NCBI GenBank assembly: GCA_038087875.1
Contig: CM075992.1
Span: 6,946,001-7,010,000 of the forward strand
DNA from: Malacoraja senta
Taxonomy: Eukaryota
Direction: 5' to 3'
Length of the DNA stretch: 64,000 nt
Made by a program: the position numbers and the translations under genes. Positions 28,626 through 41,969 of this stretch are shown in pieces. The stretch's first letter is position 1. Every line of letters starts with the position of its first letter. Below the pieces are notes generated by a model. It had not been told where the DNA came from. It saw nothing but the letters and a program-made list of their open reading frames with translations, and searched no databases.

Positions 28626-30319
28626 GAATGAGTAAGCCCATGACTTCCTGCAGAATGATATAAGGCCACAGCGTAACACCAACAAGATATGTGAGGATTA
28701 CACTACAAGTTAGAGTGAAGTGTGAGGAGTACATCAGAGTGAGAGGGGTATCCATTACAGTGAGGGGTGTAAGTGTTACAGTGAGGGGAGTATCCATGTA
28801 AATTGTGTGGATGAGTGGTATAATCTAGGAGAGAGAGGCCTGGAAAGTAAATGTGCGAATAATGTGGGTTAGGGTAACATTAGTGTAAAAATAGGTCAAG
28901 TCAAGTCAAGTCATATTTATTTATATAGCACATTTAAAAAACAACTCTCGTTGGCCAAAGTGCTTTACATTTGTTATAAGAATAATATAAACAAACAAAC
29001 TACATACATATATACATATAGCCCTCGCTCAGAGGACGTCAAGAAAGGCTTGGGGGTATAGATAAGTTGCTTGATGGTCAGTATAGACTCGATGGGCCGA
29101 AGGTCCAGGTTCTGTGCTCTGTCATTGTTTGACCCTGTGACTTTGACTCAGAGCGGAGATTCACTTTCTTGCTCTGGAGACCCAGCCTGCCCCGTGATTA
29201 TTAATTATTTTGTTCGTTTCAGACACAGAAATTCAACTGTAAACTCATAGGTCCCATTGTGTGGTTCTCGAAGCAATCTCTGAATCTTGCAATCAAGACG
29301 GCAAATTTCACAGGAGGCAGACCACCCATTTAGCGACTCTTTGCTCACTGGCAGATGAAAAGGATTCATGCATTGACAGTTCTGGGCTGCTCAGAGCAAA
29401 GGAACTGTTCCCAGTCTGAGACAGACAAGATGAATGCCAGACTCAATTAGGCTGGAAGTCTGAGATGACTTGTGCTCCTCCAGCAATTAATTCCTCGTTC
29501 CGCACATCCCCAGACCCAAGAACCACTTAGTCATGAACCACACCATATGACAGACAGTATCACATGTGGAAAACCGCAATGTGGAACTCATTCAAGTGCA
29601 TTCTGCAACTCCAACCCCCTCACTGTAACACTGATACACCCCTCACTGTAAACTGCCCCTCAGATAGGCTTTAATATTTTCAGATTAAATTAGCCTCTCT
29701 ATACTAAATCAAACACATATACGCAGGCCACTTGGCCACCCCCAAGCTTCTGATCAGTGTTGACGCCTGATATATTGTTAGTAAGGGATTGATTCTATGC
29801 CAATTAATCTGCAAATCTGTGCATATATGGAGTGTGGGAGAAAACTGGAGCACCCGGAGAAAGCCCACGAACGTCAGGGGGAGAACGTACACACACCGCC
29901 CGTGGTCAGGATGGAACCCGGGTCTCTGGCGCTGTGAGGCAGCAACTCGACCGCTGCGCCACCGTGCGCCCTGACTCGAGCAAAGCCTGGTAGCAATGAC
30001 TGTGGTGCCCCAGCTGTGGCACAGGATGGGGAGCGGCGTTAATGTTCGGAGACACCCCCCCCCAGGCCAGTTGTTGGAAGCAGAGACCACAAACACAGCT
30101 GTGGGGATGTCACAAGGAACATCACATCCAGGCCAGCATTCAGTCGGACTCTGACATGACGCAAGCTTTCACAAACCTCTCCATTTTGCTATCATTATGT
30201 GGGAGAAAATAAAATATTTTAAATGCCTTTGGTTAAAACCCACACATGTACAATGTTGCCTCCTGCCCGAGATTCCCATCTGTAGCAATGACTTTCATTG
30301 ACAGGTCAGCACAATTGGT

Positions 30320-30780
30320 TCATTAGTTCATAAATTCTAGGAGCAGAATTAGGCCATTCGGTCCATCAAGTCTGCTCCACCATTCAATCATGGCTGATCT
30401 ATCTTTCCCTCTCAACCCCATTCTCCTGCCTTCTCCCCATAACCCCCTGACACCCGCACTAATCAAGGATCTGTCAATTTCCCTCTTAAAAATATCCACT
30501 GACTTGGCCTCCACAGATTCACCACCCTCTGACTAAAGAAATTCCTCCTCACCTTTCTAAAGGTACATTCTTTTGTTCTGAGGTTATGACCTCTGGTCCC
30601 AGACTCTCCCACAAGTGGAAATATCCTCTCCACATCCACTCTATCCAGATCTTTCATTATTCGGTAAGTTTCTATGAGACCTCCCCCCCCCCCCTCGTCA
30701 TTCTAAACTCCATTGAGTACAGGCTTAGTGCGGCTAAACACTTATGATATGTTAACCCAATCATTCCTGGGATCATTCCT
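30320..30780 (-). mobile_element. CR1 LINE 3' fragment (second subfamily)
   Basis: DLDRVDVERIFPLVGESGTRGHNLR...RRNFFSQRVVNLW; continues after the SINE at about 31107-31160. Confidence 0.85.
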
Positions 30781-30789
30781 GGACTGTCG

Positions 30790-31106
30790 CGGTGGCGCAG
30801 CGGTAGAGTTGCTGCATGCTTTGGAATGCAGCACCGGAGACACGGGTTCAATCCCGACTACGGGTGCTGTCTGTACGGAGTTTGTACGTTCTCCCCGTGA
30901 CCTGCGTGGGTTTTCTCCGAGATCTTCGGTTTCCTCCCACACTCCAAAGACGTACAGGTTTGTAGGTTAATTGGCTTGGTAAATGTAAAAAATTGTCCCT
31001 AGTGGGTGTGGGATAGTGTTAATGTGCTGGAATCGCTGGTCGACGCGGACCCGGTGGGCCGAAGGGCCTGTTTCTGCGCTGTTTCCCTAAACTAAACTAA
31101 TCTAAA
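30790..31106 (+). mobile_element. tRNA-derived SINE, full length
   Basis: A/B boxes, core, (CTAAA)n tail. Confidence 0.9.
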
Positions 31107-32053
31107 CATTCTCGTAAACCTCCTCTGGACCTCTCCAGCGCCAGTAAATCTTTCCTCAGATAATTACAGAGAAATGTCTCAAAGCATTTACCCTGAAAGC
31201 ATCGTTGAACAAACATCAGTCACTGTATCGAGCATTAATTCTTTATGCGGGTAACTAAAAACTTGGCTGAAGAGGCTCTGAATGGAGGGAGGAGGATGGA
31301 GAGCTTTAGGGAGGGGATTCTAAGCTTAATGTTTTGGATTGTTGTCGAACGCTTGAGGGGGGACCTGATAGAAATGTATAAAATGATGAGAGGCATAGAT
31401 GGGGTAGACAGTCAGAACCTTTCTCCCAGGGTGGAAATGTCAAAGACTAGAGGGCATACAATTAAGCTGAGAGGGGCAAAGTTTTAAAAAGATATGCAAG
31501 GCTAGATTTTTCACAGAGGGTGGTGGGTGCCTGGAACGCGCTGCCAGGGGTGGTGGTGGCAGATAGGATCGTGGTGTTTAAGAAGTTTTTGAATAAACAC
31601 ATGGATATGTAGGGAATGGAGGGAATATGAATCACGTGCAGGCAGAGGTGAACAATTTAACTTGGCATCATCTTCAGAATGACCATAGTGGGCCGAATGG
31701 CCTGTTCCTGTGCTATACAGTCCTTATATTCTTATATATAACTTTGGGATCTCCCTCATTGGTTACCCACGGACTATCTTTGATCGGACTTTACTGGCTT
31801 TACCTTGCACTAAACGTTCTTCCCTTATCATGTACTGTAAATGGCTCGATTGTAATCATGTAATGTCCTTCCACTGACTGCGCAGCACGCAACAATAGCT
31901 TTTCACTGTACCTCGGTGTACACATGACAATAAACTAAACTGAAACTGATGAAGGGTGAGGAGGCACAAAGCCACAGCATTGTAGGGCAAGATGGCGTTA
32001 CAGAGGAACAGGACTTGTACCTTACTTCACGGCTGGTGTACTGGGAACAAATG

Positions 32054-32350
32054 CGGTGGCGCAGCGGTAGAGCTGCTGCCTTACAGCGCCGGAGATCCGG
32101 GTTCGATCCCAACTACCGGTTCAGTCCGTACGGAGCTTGTACGTTCTCCCCGTGACCGCGTGGGTTTTCTCCGAGATCTTCGGTTTCCTCCCACACTCCA
32201 AAGACGTGCAGGTTTGTAGGTTAATTGGTTTGGTATAATTGTAAATTGTCGCTAGCGTGGGTAGGATAGTGTTGGTGTGTGTGGATCGCCGGTCAGTGTG
32301 GACCTGGTGGGCCAAAGGGCCTGTTTCCACTCTGTATCTCTAAACTAAAA
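32054..32350 (+). mobile_element. tRNA-derived SINE, full length
   Basis: Same consensus. Confidence 0.9.
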
Positions 32351-32760
32351 CGCAGGCTGGTGAAGCCGAGCTTGGGGTGAGCTCATGAGATGTGAGGGTG
32401 GGGGTCAGATCGTTACTTACAACATATCTATGGGAAGTACAACAGGAGCAGGAAAGGCCCAGATGAGTCTTTACGACTGTAGCAGGAGATCAAGACTGAT
32501 CTGTGACCTAACCCCAACGATCCTGAAGCCCCAGGAAGTTTGTGTCTACCTTCGATTTAAACCTGCAGCTGCAGTTCTGTCCTACACATTTACTGTCCCC
32601 CTCTTCTCTCCACCATCAGACAGCAGGAATTTGCTTCATTTGACTAATATATGTTCTCTGTGTATATTGCATCTTTGGGCCTCTTGCAACTAAAAAAATT
32701 CATGTTCCGTTGATGGTACATGTGACAATTAAACACTTTTGCAACATGTGGCGGAACGAT

Positions 32761-33036
32761 GGCGCAGCGGTAGAGTTGCTGCCTTACAGCGCCAGAGACC
32801 AGGGTTCGATCCCGACTACAGGTAAGAGTTTGTACGTTCTCCCTGTGAGTTTTCTCCGGGTGCTCCGGTTTCCCCCATATTACAAAGATGTACAGGTTTG
32901 TAGGTTCATTGGCTTTGGTAAAAATTGGAAATTGTCCCTGGTGTGTAGGATAGTGTTAATGTACGGGGAATCGCTGGCTGCCACGAACTCAGTGGGCTAA
33001 AGGGCCTGTTTCCGCTCTGTATCTCAAAACTAAACT
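32761..33036 (+). mobile_element. tRNA-derived SINE
   Basis: Same consensus. Confidence 0.85.
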
Positions 33037-33070
33037 CTTGACACTTGAGGACAGCTCATCCTCAGTTTAA

Positions 33071-33381
33071 TGGGCCTGTCCCACTTAGGTTGATTTTCTA
33101 GGCAACTACAGGCGACTAGTTTGTCGCCACATGTTCGTCGGGAGTAGTCGCCTCAGTCGCGCAAAAAATCGTAGCGTCTTTATGGTCGGCGTTAAATTTT
33201 CAACGCGTTGAAAAAATGTTGGCGTTTGATGCCCATGAGCGTAGCTTGGCTTCTCTGACGTAGGTGCTGTCGTAGGTTGTCACCAGGATGACGTAGGTTG
33301 TCGCCGTTTTTTCGGCGAACTGCTACGACCATGACAGTCGCCGGCAGTTGCCTAAAAGAATCGGCAAGTGGGACAGGCCCG
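33071..33381. mobile_element. MITE family B (GTCGCC-rich), same TIR core
   Basis: TGGGCCTGTCCCACTT...AAGTGGGACAGGCCCG; flanks TAA / TTA; central palindrome TTTTCAACGCGTTGAAAA. Confidence 0.85.
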
Positions 33382-33407
33382 TTACTGTCAGCTTTTGTTC
33401 CACATTC

Positions 33408-33710
33408 GTTTAGAGTTTTAGACTTTGGAGATACGCCGCAGAAATAGGCCCTTCAGTCCGCGCCGACCAGCGATCCCCATACACTAGCACTATCCTACAC
33501 ACCAGGGGACAATTTATAATTATTACCAAAGCCAATTAACCTACATGTCTTTGGAGGGCGGAAGGAAACTGGAGCACTCGGAGAAACCCCACGCGGTCAC
33601 AGGGAGAAAGTACAAACTCTGTACAAACTCTGTACAGACAACACCCGTAGTCAGGATCGAACCTGCGTCTCTGGCGCTGTAAGGCAGCAACTCTACCGCC
33701 GCGCCACCAT
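33408..33710 (-). mobile_element. tRNA-derived SINE
   Basis: Reverse consensus. Confidence 0.88.
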
Positions 33711-34548
33711 ACGTTTTATTTTTATTGTTAATAAAAATCGATCATTCTAAGATGAGGAAATTTGACCTTTGGTACACAGAGTTTTCTGGGAGATTTGCTT
33801 CTCGACGCAGAAGGCTGTGGGAGGAGCAGCTTACGGCTTGTTGAGTTGAGAGTTAGGGAGAGTGAAAGTTGCCGTGTCTCCTGACAGTCACACATGTAGT
33901 ACGTGACAGCAGAACAGCTGGTAACCTGCAGAACTCACACACAGGCCTCATTATGTTTAGCCGCCTTGTCTCTGGATACAGATTGTGCTGCAGAAAGCGA
34001 CAGTGACAAACAGCAGGCAGAGATCAGTCAAAGCTGAACCGGGTGGGAGGTGAGGGGGACCAGACGGAGATAAACGGAGGGAGGGTCCCACGATCCCTGC
34101 ACAGCGTACAGGCATGGAAACTTGTGTATATATCCCAGATTTGACCAGGCCTCCTGTCTCTGTTCAACACACCCTTGTGTGGTTTGGTGTCAATTATTTG
34201 AGTGGTAATGTTCCTGTGGAACAGCTTTAGACTTTAGCGCGGAAGCAGGCCCTTCAGCCCACTGAGTGCGCTGACCGGTGATCACCCCGCACACTAACAC
34301 TATCCTACACACTAGGGACAATTTACAATTTTAACGAAGCCTATTGACCTGCAAAGCTGGACACCTTTGGAGTGTGGGAGGAAACCGGAGCACCCGGAGA
34401 AAACCAACGTGTTCACAGGGAGAACGAACAAACTCACCCAGCAGGGGACACCCAGATACGGGGAAGAACAAACAAGACACAAAGGGAATCTGTGGAATTC
34501 ATTGCCACAGACGGCTGTGGAGGTCACGTCAATGTTATTTTAAAGAAA

Positions 34549-34549
34549 G

Positions 34550-34585
<36 letters not shown>

Positions 34586-34825
34586 GGATAGATAGATGGA
34601 TGGATGGATGGATGGATGGATGGATGGATGGATGGATGGGATGGATGGATGGATGGATGGATGGATGGATGGATGGATGGATGGATGGATGGATGGATAG
34701 ATGGATAGATGGATAGATGGATAGATGGATAGATGGATAGATGGATAGATGGATAGATGGATAGATGGATAGATGGATAGATGGATAGATGGATAGATGG
34801 ATAGATAGATAGATGGATAGATAGA
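34549..34825. repeat. Compound (GATA)n-(GGAT)n-(GATAGATG)n microsatellite inside a CR1 3' region
   Basis: Flanks match the CR1 sequence GAGATAGATAGATTCTTGATTAGTACGGG seen at about 57958. Confidence 0.92.
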
Positions 34826-35706
34826 TTCTTGATTAGTACGGGTGTCAGGGGTCACGGGGAGAAGGCAGGGAATAGAGTTAGGAGGGAGAGATAGGCTCGA
34901 AATGCTGGCTCGAGTGCTGGCTCAAAGGGCCGAATGGGCTCCTCCTGCACCTATTTTCTATGTTTCTATCAGCCATAATTGAATGGCGGAGTAGACATGA
35001 TGGGCCGAATGATCTAATTCTGCTCCGATCACTTATGAACTTATGTGCCGGAATAACTCAGCGGGACAGGCAGCAGAATTCTCTTTGGAGAATGCTATTT
35101 CGTTTGGGTAGCTTAAAACCCAGCGATATGAACATTCTCTAATTTTGAGTAATTCTATGTACACTACCTCCCCCTCCCCCCCCCACCACTCCTCCATCCT
35201 TGGCGTTTAACTAGTAGCACAGTTTCCACATTGTATCCCTCTTGGGATCACACCTTCCATATCCAACAATGGGACCACCCCCTCCACACACAACCTCCTA
35301 TTTTCTGTCTGAAGAAGAGTCCCGGCCTGAAACGTCACCCAAACTAGCAGAGTCAAGGGATATGGGGAGAAGGCAGGAACGGGGTACTGATTGGGGATGA
35401 TCAGCCATGATCACATTGAATGGCGGTGCTGGCTCGAAGGGCCAAATGGTCTACTCCTGCACCTTTTGTCTATTGTCTATTGTCATTCCTTCTCTCCAGA
35501 GATGCTGCCTGTCCCGCCGAGTTCCTCCAGCATTTTGTGCCTATCTTCGGTGTAAACCAGCATCTGCAGTTCCTTCCTACACACTGCTGAGTTACTCCAG
35601 CACTTTGTGTCTATCTATGAGAAATAGGAAGTTGGATAAGATTGCATGTATGAAAATATGCAAGATGTTTTCAAGGTCCATGAGGAAGAAGGGAACCGAC
35701 TAACAA

Positions 35707-35995
35707 TTTAGTTTAGAGATACAGCACGGAAAAAGGTCCTTCGGCCCAGCAGGACCCGCGCCCTACCAGCGATTCCCGCACATCAACCCTACCCGACACA
35801 CACTAGGGCCAATTTTTACATTTATACAAAGCCATTTTATCAACAAACATGTACGTCTTTGGAGTGTGGGAGGAAACTGAAGATTTCGGACAAAACCTAC
35901 ACAGGTCACGGGGAGAACGTACAAACTCCGTACAGACAGCACCCGCAGTCAGGATCGAACCCGGATCTCTGGCGCTGTGAGGCAGTGCGCCACCG
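35707..35995 (-). mobile_element. tRNA-derived SINE
   Basis: Reverse consensus. Confidence 0.85.
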
Positions 35996-36458
35996 TTAGC
36001 AACAATAAAGTGAGACAAAGCAGGGTTGTGGCTGGGGGTGATATTGAGCAGAAAAACAGGCGAACATTGCGCCCGTTTCTAAGCTGTGACCTCTGTTTAC
36101 TTCAGCGTTACCTCATCTGGAAACCAAGAGCAGGAGTGTTTATGACTGAGCCGTGAGTCAGGGAGCTGCAGGATTAGGACGGGGCCTTGTTATAGTGACG
36201 AACATTGTTACACGTGCAGGTTCACTGATCCCAGAAGGTCAGGTAGGTAGATTCGTTAAGAAAGCATGTGCGATGTTTTACTGGCCAAGGCATTGAGAAT
36301 AAGAGTTGAAAGGTCACATTAGAGTTGCCACAACTTGAATACAGTCGACAGTTCTGATTACCACAGCACACTGTGTAAATGTTTAGTTTAGTTTAGTTAT
36401 AGAGTGCGGTAAAGAGGCCCTTCGGCCCAACGAGTCCACACTGAACAGCGATCCCAGT

Positions 36459-36886
36459 GGTGCTGGCCCGCCGATAACGACGATGGCAGTCTCAGTTCTG
36501 CTGAGTTCTGACATGGCTTAGTCACGAATCCAACTCGAGGGCAGTGGGGGCAGATGAAGGTCATCGCTGGCGGTTCTGGGCGCCAGCCTCCCTCCTCCCT
36601 CTGGCTTTGGTAATCGCTCTATGCGGCGCTCCTCGAAGCTGCTGGCTGCTGTGCGCACTGCTGCGCGCCAGCAAGTTCTGTCGCTGACGCAGGCTTCCAG
36701 TTGCTTGGGCGCAAGAGATAGTCCTTGACGCAATCTTTGTACCGCTGCCTGGGACGCCCACGGTTCCTTTGTTCCTGGGAGAGCACGTCGTAGAAGGCAT
36801 GCAAGTCAAGGCATGCGTTTTTCATCCATCCTGATGACGTGCCCAGTCCATCCGAGCTGTGCTTTGATGATCATTGCCTCGATGCT
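36459..36886 (-). mobile_element. RTE-clade LINE 3' fragment nested in a SINE (SINE about 36380-37114)
   Basis: Minus frames SIEAMIIKAQLGWTGHVIRMDEKRMP and FYDVLSQEQRNRGRPRQRYKDCVK; 10 bp TSD CGATCCCAGT (36449-36458, 36887-36896). Confidence 0.8.
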
Positions 36887-37311
36887 CGATCCCAGTACAC
36901 TAGCGTTATCCTACACACACTTGGGACAATTTACATTTTTACAAAGCCAATTAACCTCCAAACCTGCACGTCTTTGGATTGTGGTAAGTAACCAGAGCAC
37001 CCGGAGAAAACCCACTCTGATCACGGGGAAAACGTACAAACTCTGTACAGACAGTCCCCGTAGTTGGGATCGAACTTGGGTCACTGGCGCTGTGAGGCAG
37101 TAACTCTACCGCTGCACATTCATGCAATATCTCTAAACTAAATCACCGTCTGTATCTCTCGTTTCCCTTTCCCCTGACTCTCAGTTCAGTCTGTAGAAGG
37201 GGTCTCAACCCAAAACATCACCTATTCCTTTCTGTGGAGTTGCTGTCTGACCCACTGAGTTACTCCAGCTTTTTGTGCCTATCTTCAGTTTAAAACCAGC
37301 ATCTGCAGTCC

Positions 37312-37511
37312 NNNNNNNNNNNNNNNNNNNNNNNNNNNNNNNNNNNNNNNNNNNNNNNNNNNNNNNNNNNNNNNNNNNNNNNNNNNNNNNNNNNNNNNNN
37401 NNNNNNNNNNNNNNNNNNNNNNNNNNNNNNNNNNNNNNNNNNNNNNNNNNNNNNNNNNNNNNNNNNNNNNNNNNNNNNNNNNNNNNNNNNNNNNNNNNNN
37501 NNNNNNNNNNN
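37312..37511. other. Assembly gap (200 N)
   Basis: Run of N of round length, typical of a scaffolding placeholder. Confidence 0.99.
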
Positions 37512-37660
37512 CATCACGAGATGCGCGCATGGCGTGCATTACGCGAGCATGGTGCGTGGTGACGTGCAGTTGCGCGCGGCGCCCCAGAATTTTGCGATTC
37601 ACAAAATCATCGCGTGCCACCTGCTTGACGCGCAAATGACGCCCTAGTGGGACAGGCCCT
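37512..37660. mobile_element. MITE family C (GCGCG-rich), right end only; left part lost in the gap
   Basis: Ends AGTGGGACAGGCCCT-TAA followed by CTCCAGCTTTTTGTG of the Penelope-derived repeat. Confidence 0.75.
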
Positions 37661-40600
37661 TAACTCCAGCTTTTTGTGCCTATCTTATGATCAACTTGTT
37701 CAGAACCTGTGGAGGAAAGAGGTCAGAGAAGAAAGGAGGAGCAACAAAGGGGAGCATGGGAACGGAAAACGATGCAGTGGTTATCAGTTTCTCATCTTTA
37801 CATGAGCTTGATCACTGAATCTAAATCCCTGGATAGCATCAAGTCGGAGAGATCACTGTTGCTTGAGAGGAATGTGCAGCGTCTGGGATGGGTTAGCGGA
37901 ACATGCGACAGAACTTACTTTATTAAATCGCAATAACACGAGCAAAAGTCAAGGCGCATTCTCCAAATGCCTCTTTAACGCCCATGTTTCGGGGCTTGCT
38001 GAGAAGGGGGCAACAAGATACAGTGACCAAGGTGGAGGGGCAGGAAGATGGAAAGCGGGGCAGATTGGTGTCAGGGACGGAGCGTGGGGCAGAGAGGTGG
38101 GCAGGACTGAGGTAGCTTTCAGGTGAGAGGGGCAAAGTTTAAAGGAGATGTGCGGGTCAAGTTTTTTCTACGCAGAGGGTGGTGGAACGCGCCTGGAACG
38201 CACTGCCAGGGGTGCCGATGGAGGCAGATACAATAGTGGCATTTAAGAGGCTTTTAGATAGGCACATGGATATGCAGGGAATGGAGGGATATGGATCACT
38301 TACAGGCAGAGGAGATTAGTTAATAGACAATAGACAATAGACAATAGGTGCAAGAGTAGGCCATTCGGCCCTTCAAGCCAGCACCACCATTCAATATGAT
38401 CATGGCTGATCATCCCCAATCAGTGCCCCGTTCCTGCCTTCTCCCCATATCCCCTGACTCCGCTATCTTTAAGAGCCCTATCTAGCTCTCTCTTGAAAGT
38501 ATCCGGAGAACCGGCCTCCACCGCCCTCTGAGGCAGAGAATTCCACAGACTCACAACTCTCTGTGTGAATAAGTGTTTCCTCATCTCCGTTCTAAATGGC
38601 TTACCCCTTATTCTTAAACTGTGGCCCCTGGTTCTGGACTCCAGAAAAAAAGTTAACTTGGCATCATGTTCGGCACGGACGTTGTGGGCCGAAGGGCCTG
38701 TTCCTGTGTTGTACTGTGCTATGTTCTATGGAACGGGAGGGGTAGAGTGGAGGGAGGGAGAGAAAGGGGGGGGGGGGAGAGTTGGGGTGGGGCATGGATT
38801 GATAGAGATTGTGTGAGGTAGTGGGTGATATGGGAGTTAGAAGGGGCGGGACAGAGGAGCTGGGAAAGCAGACACGGAAAGGAAACAGTAAAAAACGATG
38901 GTAAAAACAAACTGTGAGTTTCCAAAAACAGCATTTATTTTTTCTGCCGGAGCCAGAAGCTTTTCCAGATGGATAAATCACTCTATCTTTCATTATGTCT
39001 GTGGAAACTGCTGCTCTCCCTGACCCTCTCCTTTACACGTACAAGTCTCAGTGGTTTTATGTGTGGCTGGAGAGGCAACAGCTAGCTATCCCGGGAGCAG
39101 CTTTTTAGGGGCAAGACACTGTATGAAACATGGGTGGCACAGCGGCACAGCGGGAAGAGCCACTGCCTCACAGCACCAGAGACCCGGGAACGATCCTGCA
39201 GTAACCTCAGGTGCTGTCTGTGTGGAGTTCGCACATTCGCCCTGTGAGGCCAAGGCAGTGGATATTTTTAAGGCAGAGATCATAGACAGATTCTTGATTA
39301 GTACACGTGTCAGAGGTTGCGGTGCTGGCTCGAAGGGCCGAATGGCCTCCTCCTGCACCTATTTTTTATATTTTCTATGTTATGGGGAATGGGGTTAGGA
39401 GGGAGAGATAGATCAGCCAAGATTGAATGGCGGAGTAGACTTGATGGGCCGAATGGCCTAATTCTACTCCTGTCACTTATGACCACGTGGGATTCCTCCA
39501 GGTGCTCCGGTTTCCTTCCACATCCCAAATACATTCTGGTTTGTAGGTTAATTAGCCCCTAGTGTGTAGGGAGTGGACGAGAAGTGGGATAGGATAACTA
39601 GTGTGAATGGGTGATCGGTGGGCCGAAGGGCGCGTTTCCATGCTGTATCTTTCAATCATTTCATAGAAACATAGAAAATAGGTGCAGGAGTAGGCCATTC
39701 GGCCCTTCGAGCCAGCACTACCATTCAATATGATCATGACTGATCATCCAGAATCAGTACCCGTTCCTGTTCTCCCCATATACCTTGCTTCCTTTAGCAC
39801 TAAGAGCTAAATCCAACTCTCTCTTGAGTACATCTTGATTACACTGAATTCAATCAATTTCAAACTCATTAAAACATATTAAGATTCAAGCAGCTGAATA
39901 AGACAAGACTGGGTCAAACCCTGGCCACAGGATAACAGGAGCAGGAGTAGTCCACTCGGCCCCTCAAGCCTGTGCCACTGCTCAACGGCATCATGGCTGA
40001 TCTACACTGGCCTCAACTCCTCTCTGTGCCAGTTCCCTATCACCCTCAATCCCTCAATCTTTATCTCTCTCCACATTAAATAGGATCCAACCTCCACCCT
40101 TCTAGCGGGCAGGGAGACTCCACCCTCTGAAAGAAGATATCTCTACACCTCATTTTTAAATGGCCGGCCCTTATTTTGTAACTGTGTCATATTCATGTCA
40201 CAGGAGTAGAATTAGGCCATTCCACCCACTGAGTCTAATCCACCATTCAATCATGGCTGATCTATTTTTCCCTCTTAACCCCACCCCCCTGCCTTCTCCC
40301 TATAACCCCTGACACCCATACTAATCAAGCATCCCTGCTTTAAAATTACCCATTGACTTGGCCTCCACAGCCAGCTGTGACAGTGAATTCCACAGATTCA
40401 CCACCCTCTGACTAAAGAAATTCCTCCTCGTCTTTTGTGTCCAAGATCTTAGTCATACAGTGTGGAAACAGACCCTTTGGCATAACTTGCCCACATCGAC
40501 CAACATGCCCCACCTACACTGGTCTCTTTTTGTAAACCAGAATCTGCAGTTAAAGATTTAAAATGGCGACTGCGATGCTGTGCAGTGCAGTCTTGCAATT

Positions 40601-41197
40601 GGGAAGGATTCCCAGTCATGGCCATTGGCACAGAGACATGGACAAGTGTTCTTTGGAATGGGTGGTGGGTGTGGTGGGAGTCTGGGGACGGATGTTGGCA
40701 AGTTGATGAATTCTATGTTAGGGAAACATGTTTCAGTTGTGCTGCTAAGCCCTTGACTGGCAAATAGTCACCAGCCACTTTCACAAAGACGTCCACTTGG
40801 TCCAGAGTATTAGAGTCATACAGCGTGGAAACAGGAAACAAACCCTTCTGCACAACTTGCCCACGTCGACCAACATGTCCCATCTACACTTGTCTCTTTT
40901 TGTAGACCAGCATCTAGTTCCATGTTTCTCCAGCTTAAGGATTTGGCCAAGGTAGGAGATAGGAGAGGACAGGTTTTCTCTCAAATAGGAACTGTTAACT
41001 CTGCTGCAAATTCACACAATTTCGATTTCACGCACTGTTCTCAGCCTCCCCGCGAGACACAGCATTTGATACGCTCGTTTATAAATGCATTCCATTCAGA
41101 TGAATCAAAACATCACGAGTGGAGAACCCAGCTCTCGGCCCTGACCACACAGGGGTGTGGTGCAGACTCTGTTCTTGGACAGAGGCACAAGGATCAG

Positions 41198-41497
41198 AGC
41201 GGCACGGTGGCGCAGCGGTAGAGTTGCTGCCTCACAGCGCCAGAGACCCGGGTTCAATCCTGACTCCGGGTGCTTGTCCGTACGGAGTTTGTACGTTCTC
41301 CCTGTGACTCGCGAGGGTTTTCTCCAGGAGCTCCGGTTTCCTCCCACACTCCAAAGATGTACAGATTTGTAGGGTAATTGGCTTCTCTAAATTGCAATTT
41401 GTCCCTAGTGTGTGTGTAGGATAGTGCAAGTGTCCTGGGTGATTGCTGGCCGATGCGGACTTGGTGGGCCGAAGGGCCTGTTTCCACACTGTATCTA
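41198..41497 (+). mobile_element. tRNA-derived SINE, full length
   Basis: Same consensus. Confidence 0.9.
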
Positions 41498-41500
41498 CGT

Positions 41501-41969
41501 TAAGTTTGGAGATACAGCACAGAAACAGGCGCTTCGGACCACCGAGTCCGCGCCGACCAGCGATCCCCGCACACTAGCACTATCCTACACACCCTAGGGA
41601 CAATAGATAGAGCTCTAGGGGCTAGTGGAGTCAAGGGATATGGGGAGAAGGCAGGCACGGGTTATTGATAGGGACCGATCAGCCATGATCACAATGAATG
41701 GCGGTGCTGGCTCGAAGGGCCGACTGGCCTCCTGCACCTATTTTCTTTGTTTCTATGTTTCTATGTAATTTATAATTTTACTGAAGCCAATTAGCTGACA
41801 AACCTGTGTGTCTTTGGAGTGTGGGGGAGAAAACCGGAGCACCTGGAGAAAATTCGTGCAGGTCACAGGAAGAACGTACAAACTCCATACAGACAGCACC
41901 TGTGGTCAGAATTGAACCTGGGTCTCTGGCGCTGTGAGGCAGCAACTCTACCGCTGCGCCACCGTGCCG
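41501..41969 (-). mobile_element. tRNA-derived SINE interrupted by a CR1 3' end (about 41604-41766, plus)
   Basis: Reverse consensus split after GGGACAAT. Confidence 0.85.

Noticed and set aside
30790..30870. tRNA-like A/B boxes in many places
   Set aside because: These are SINE heads continuing into SINE body, not standalone tRNA genes.
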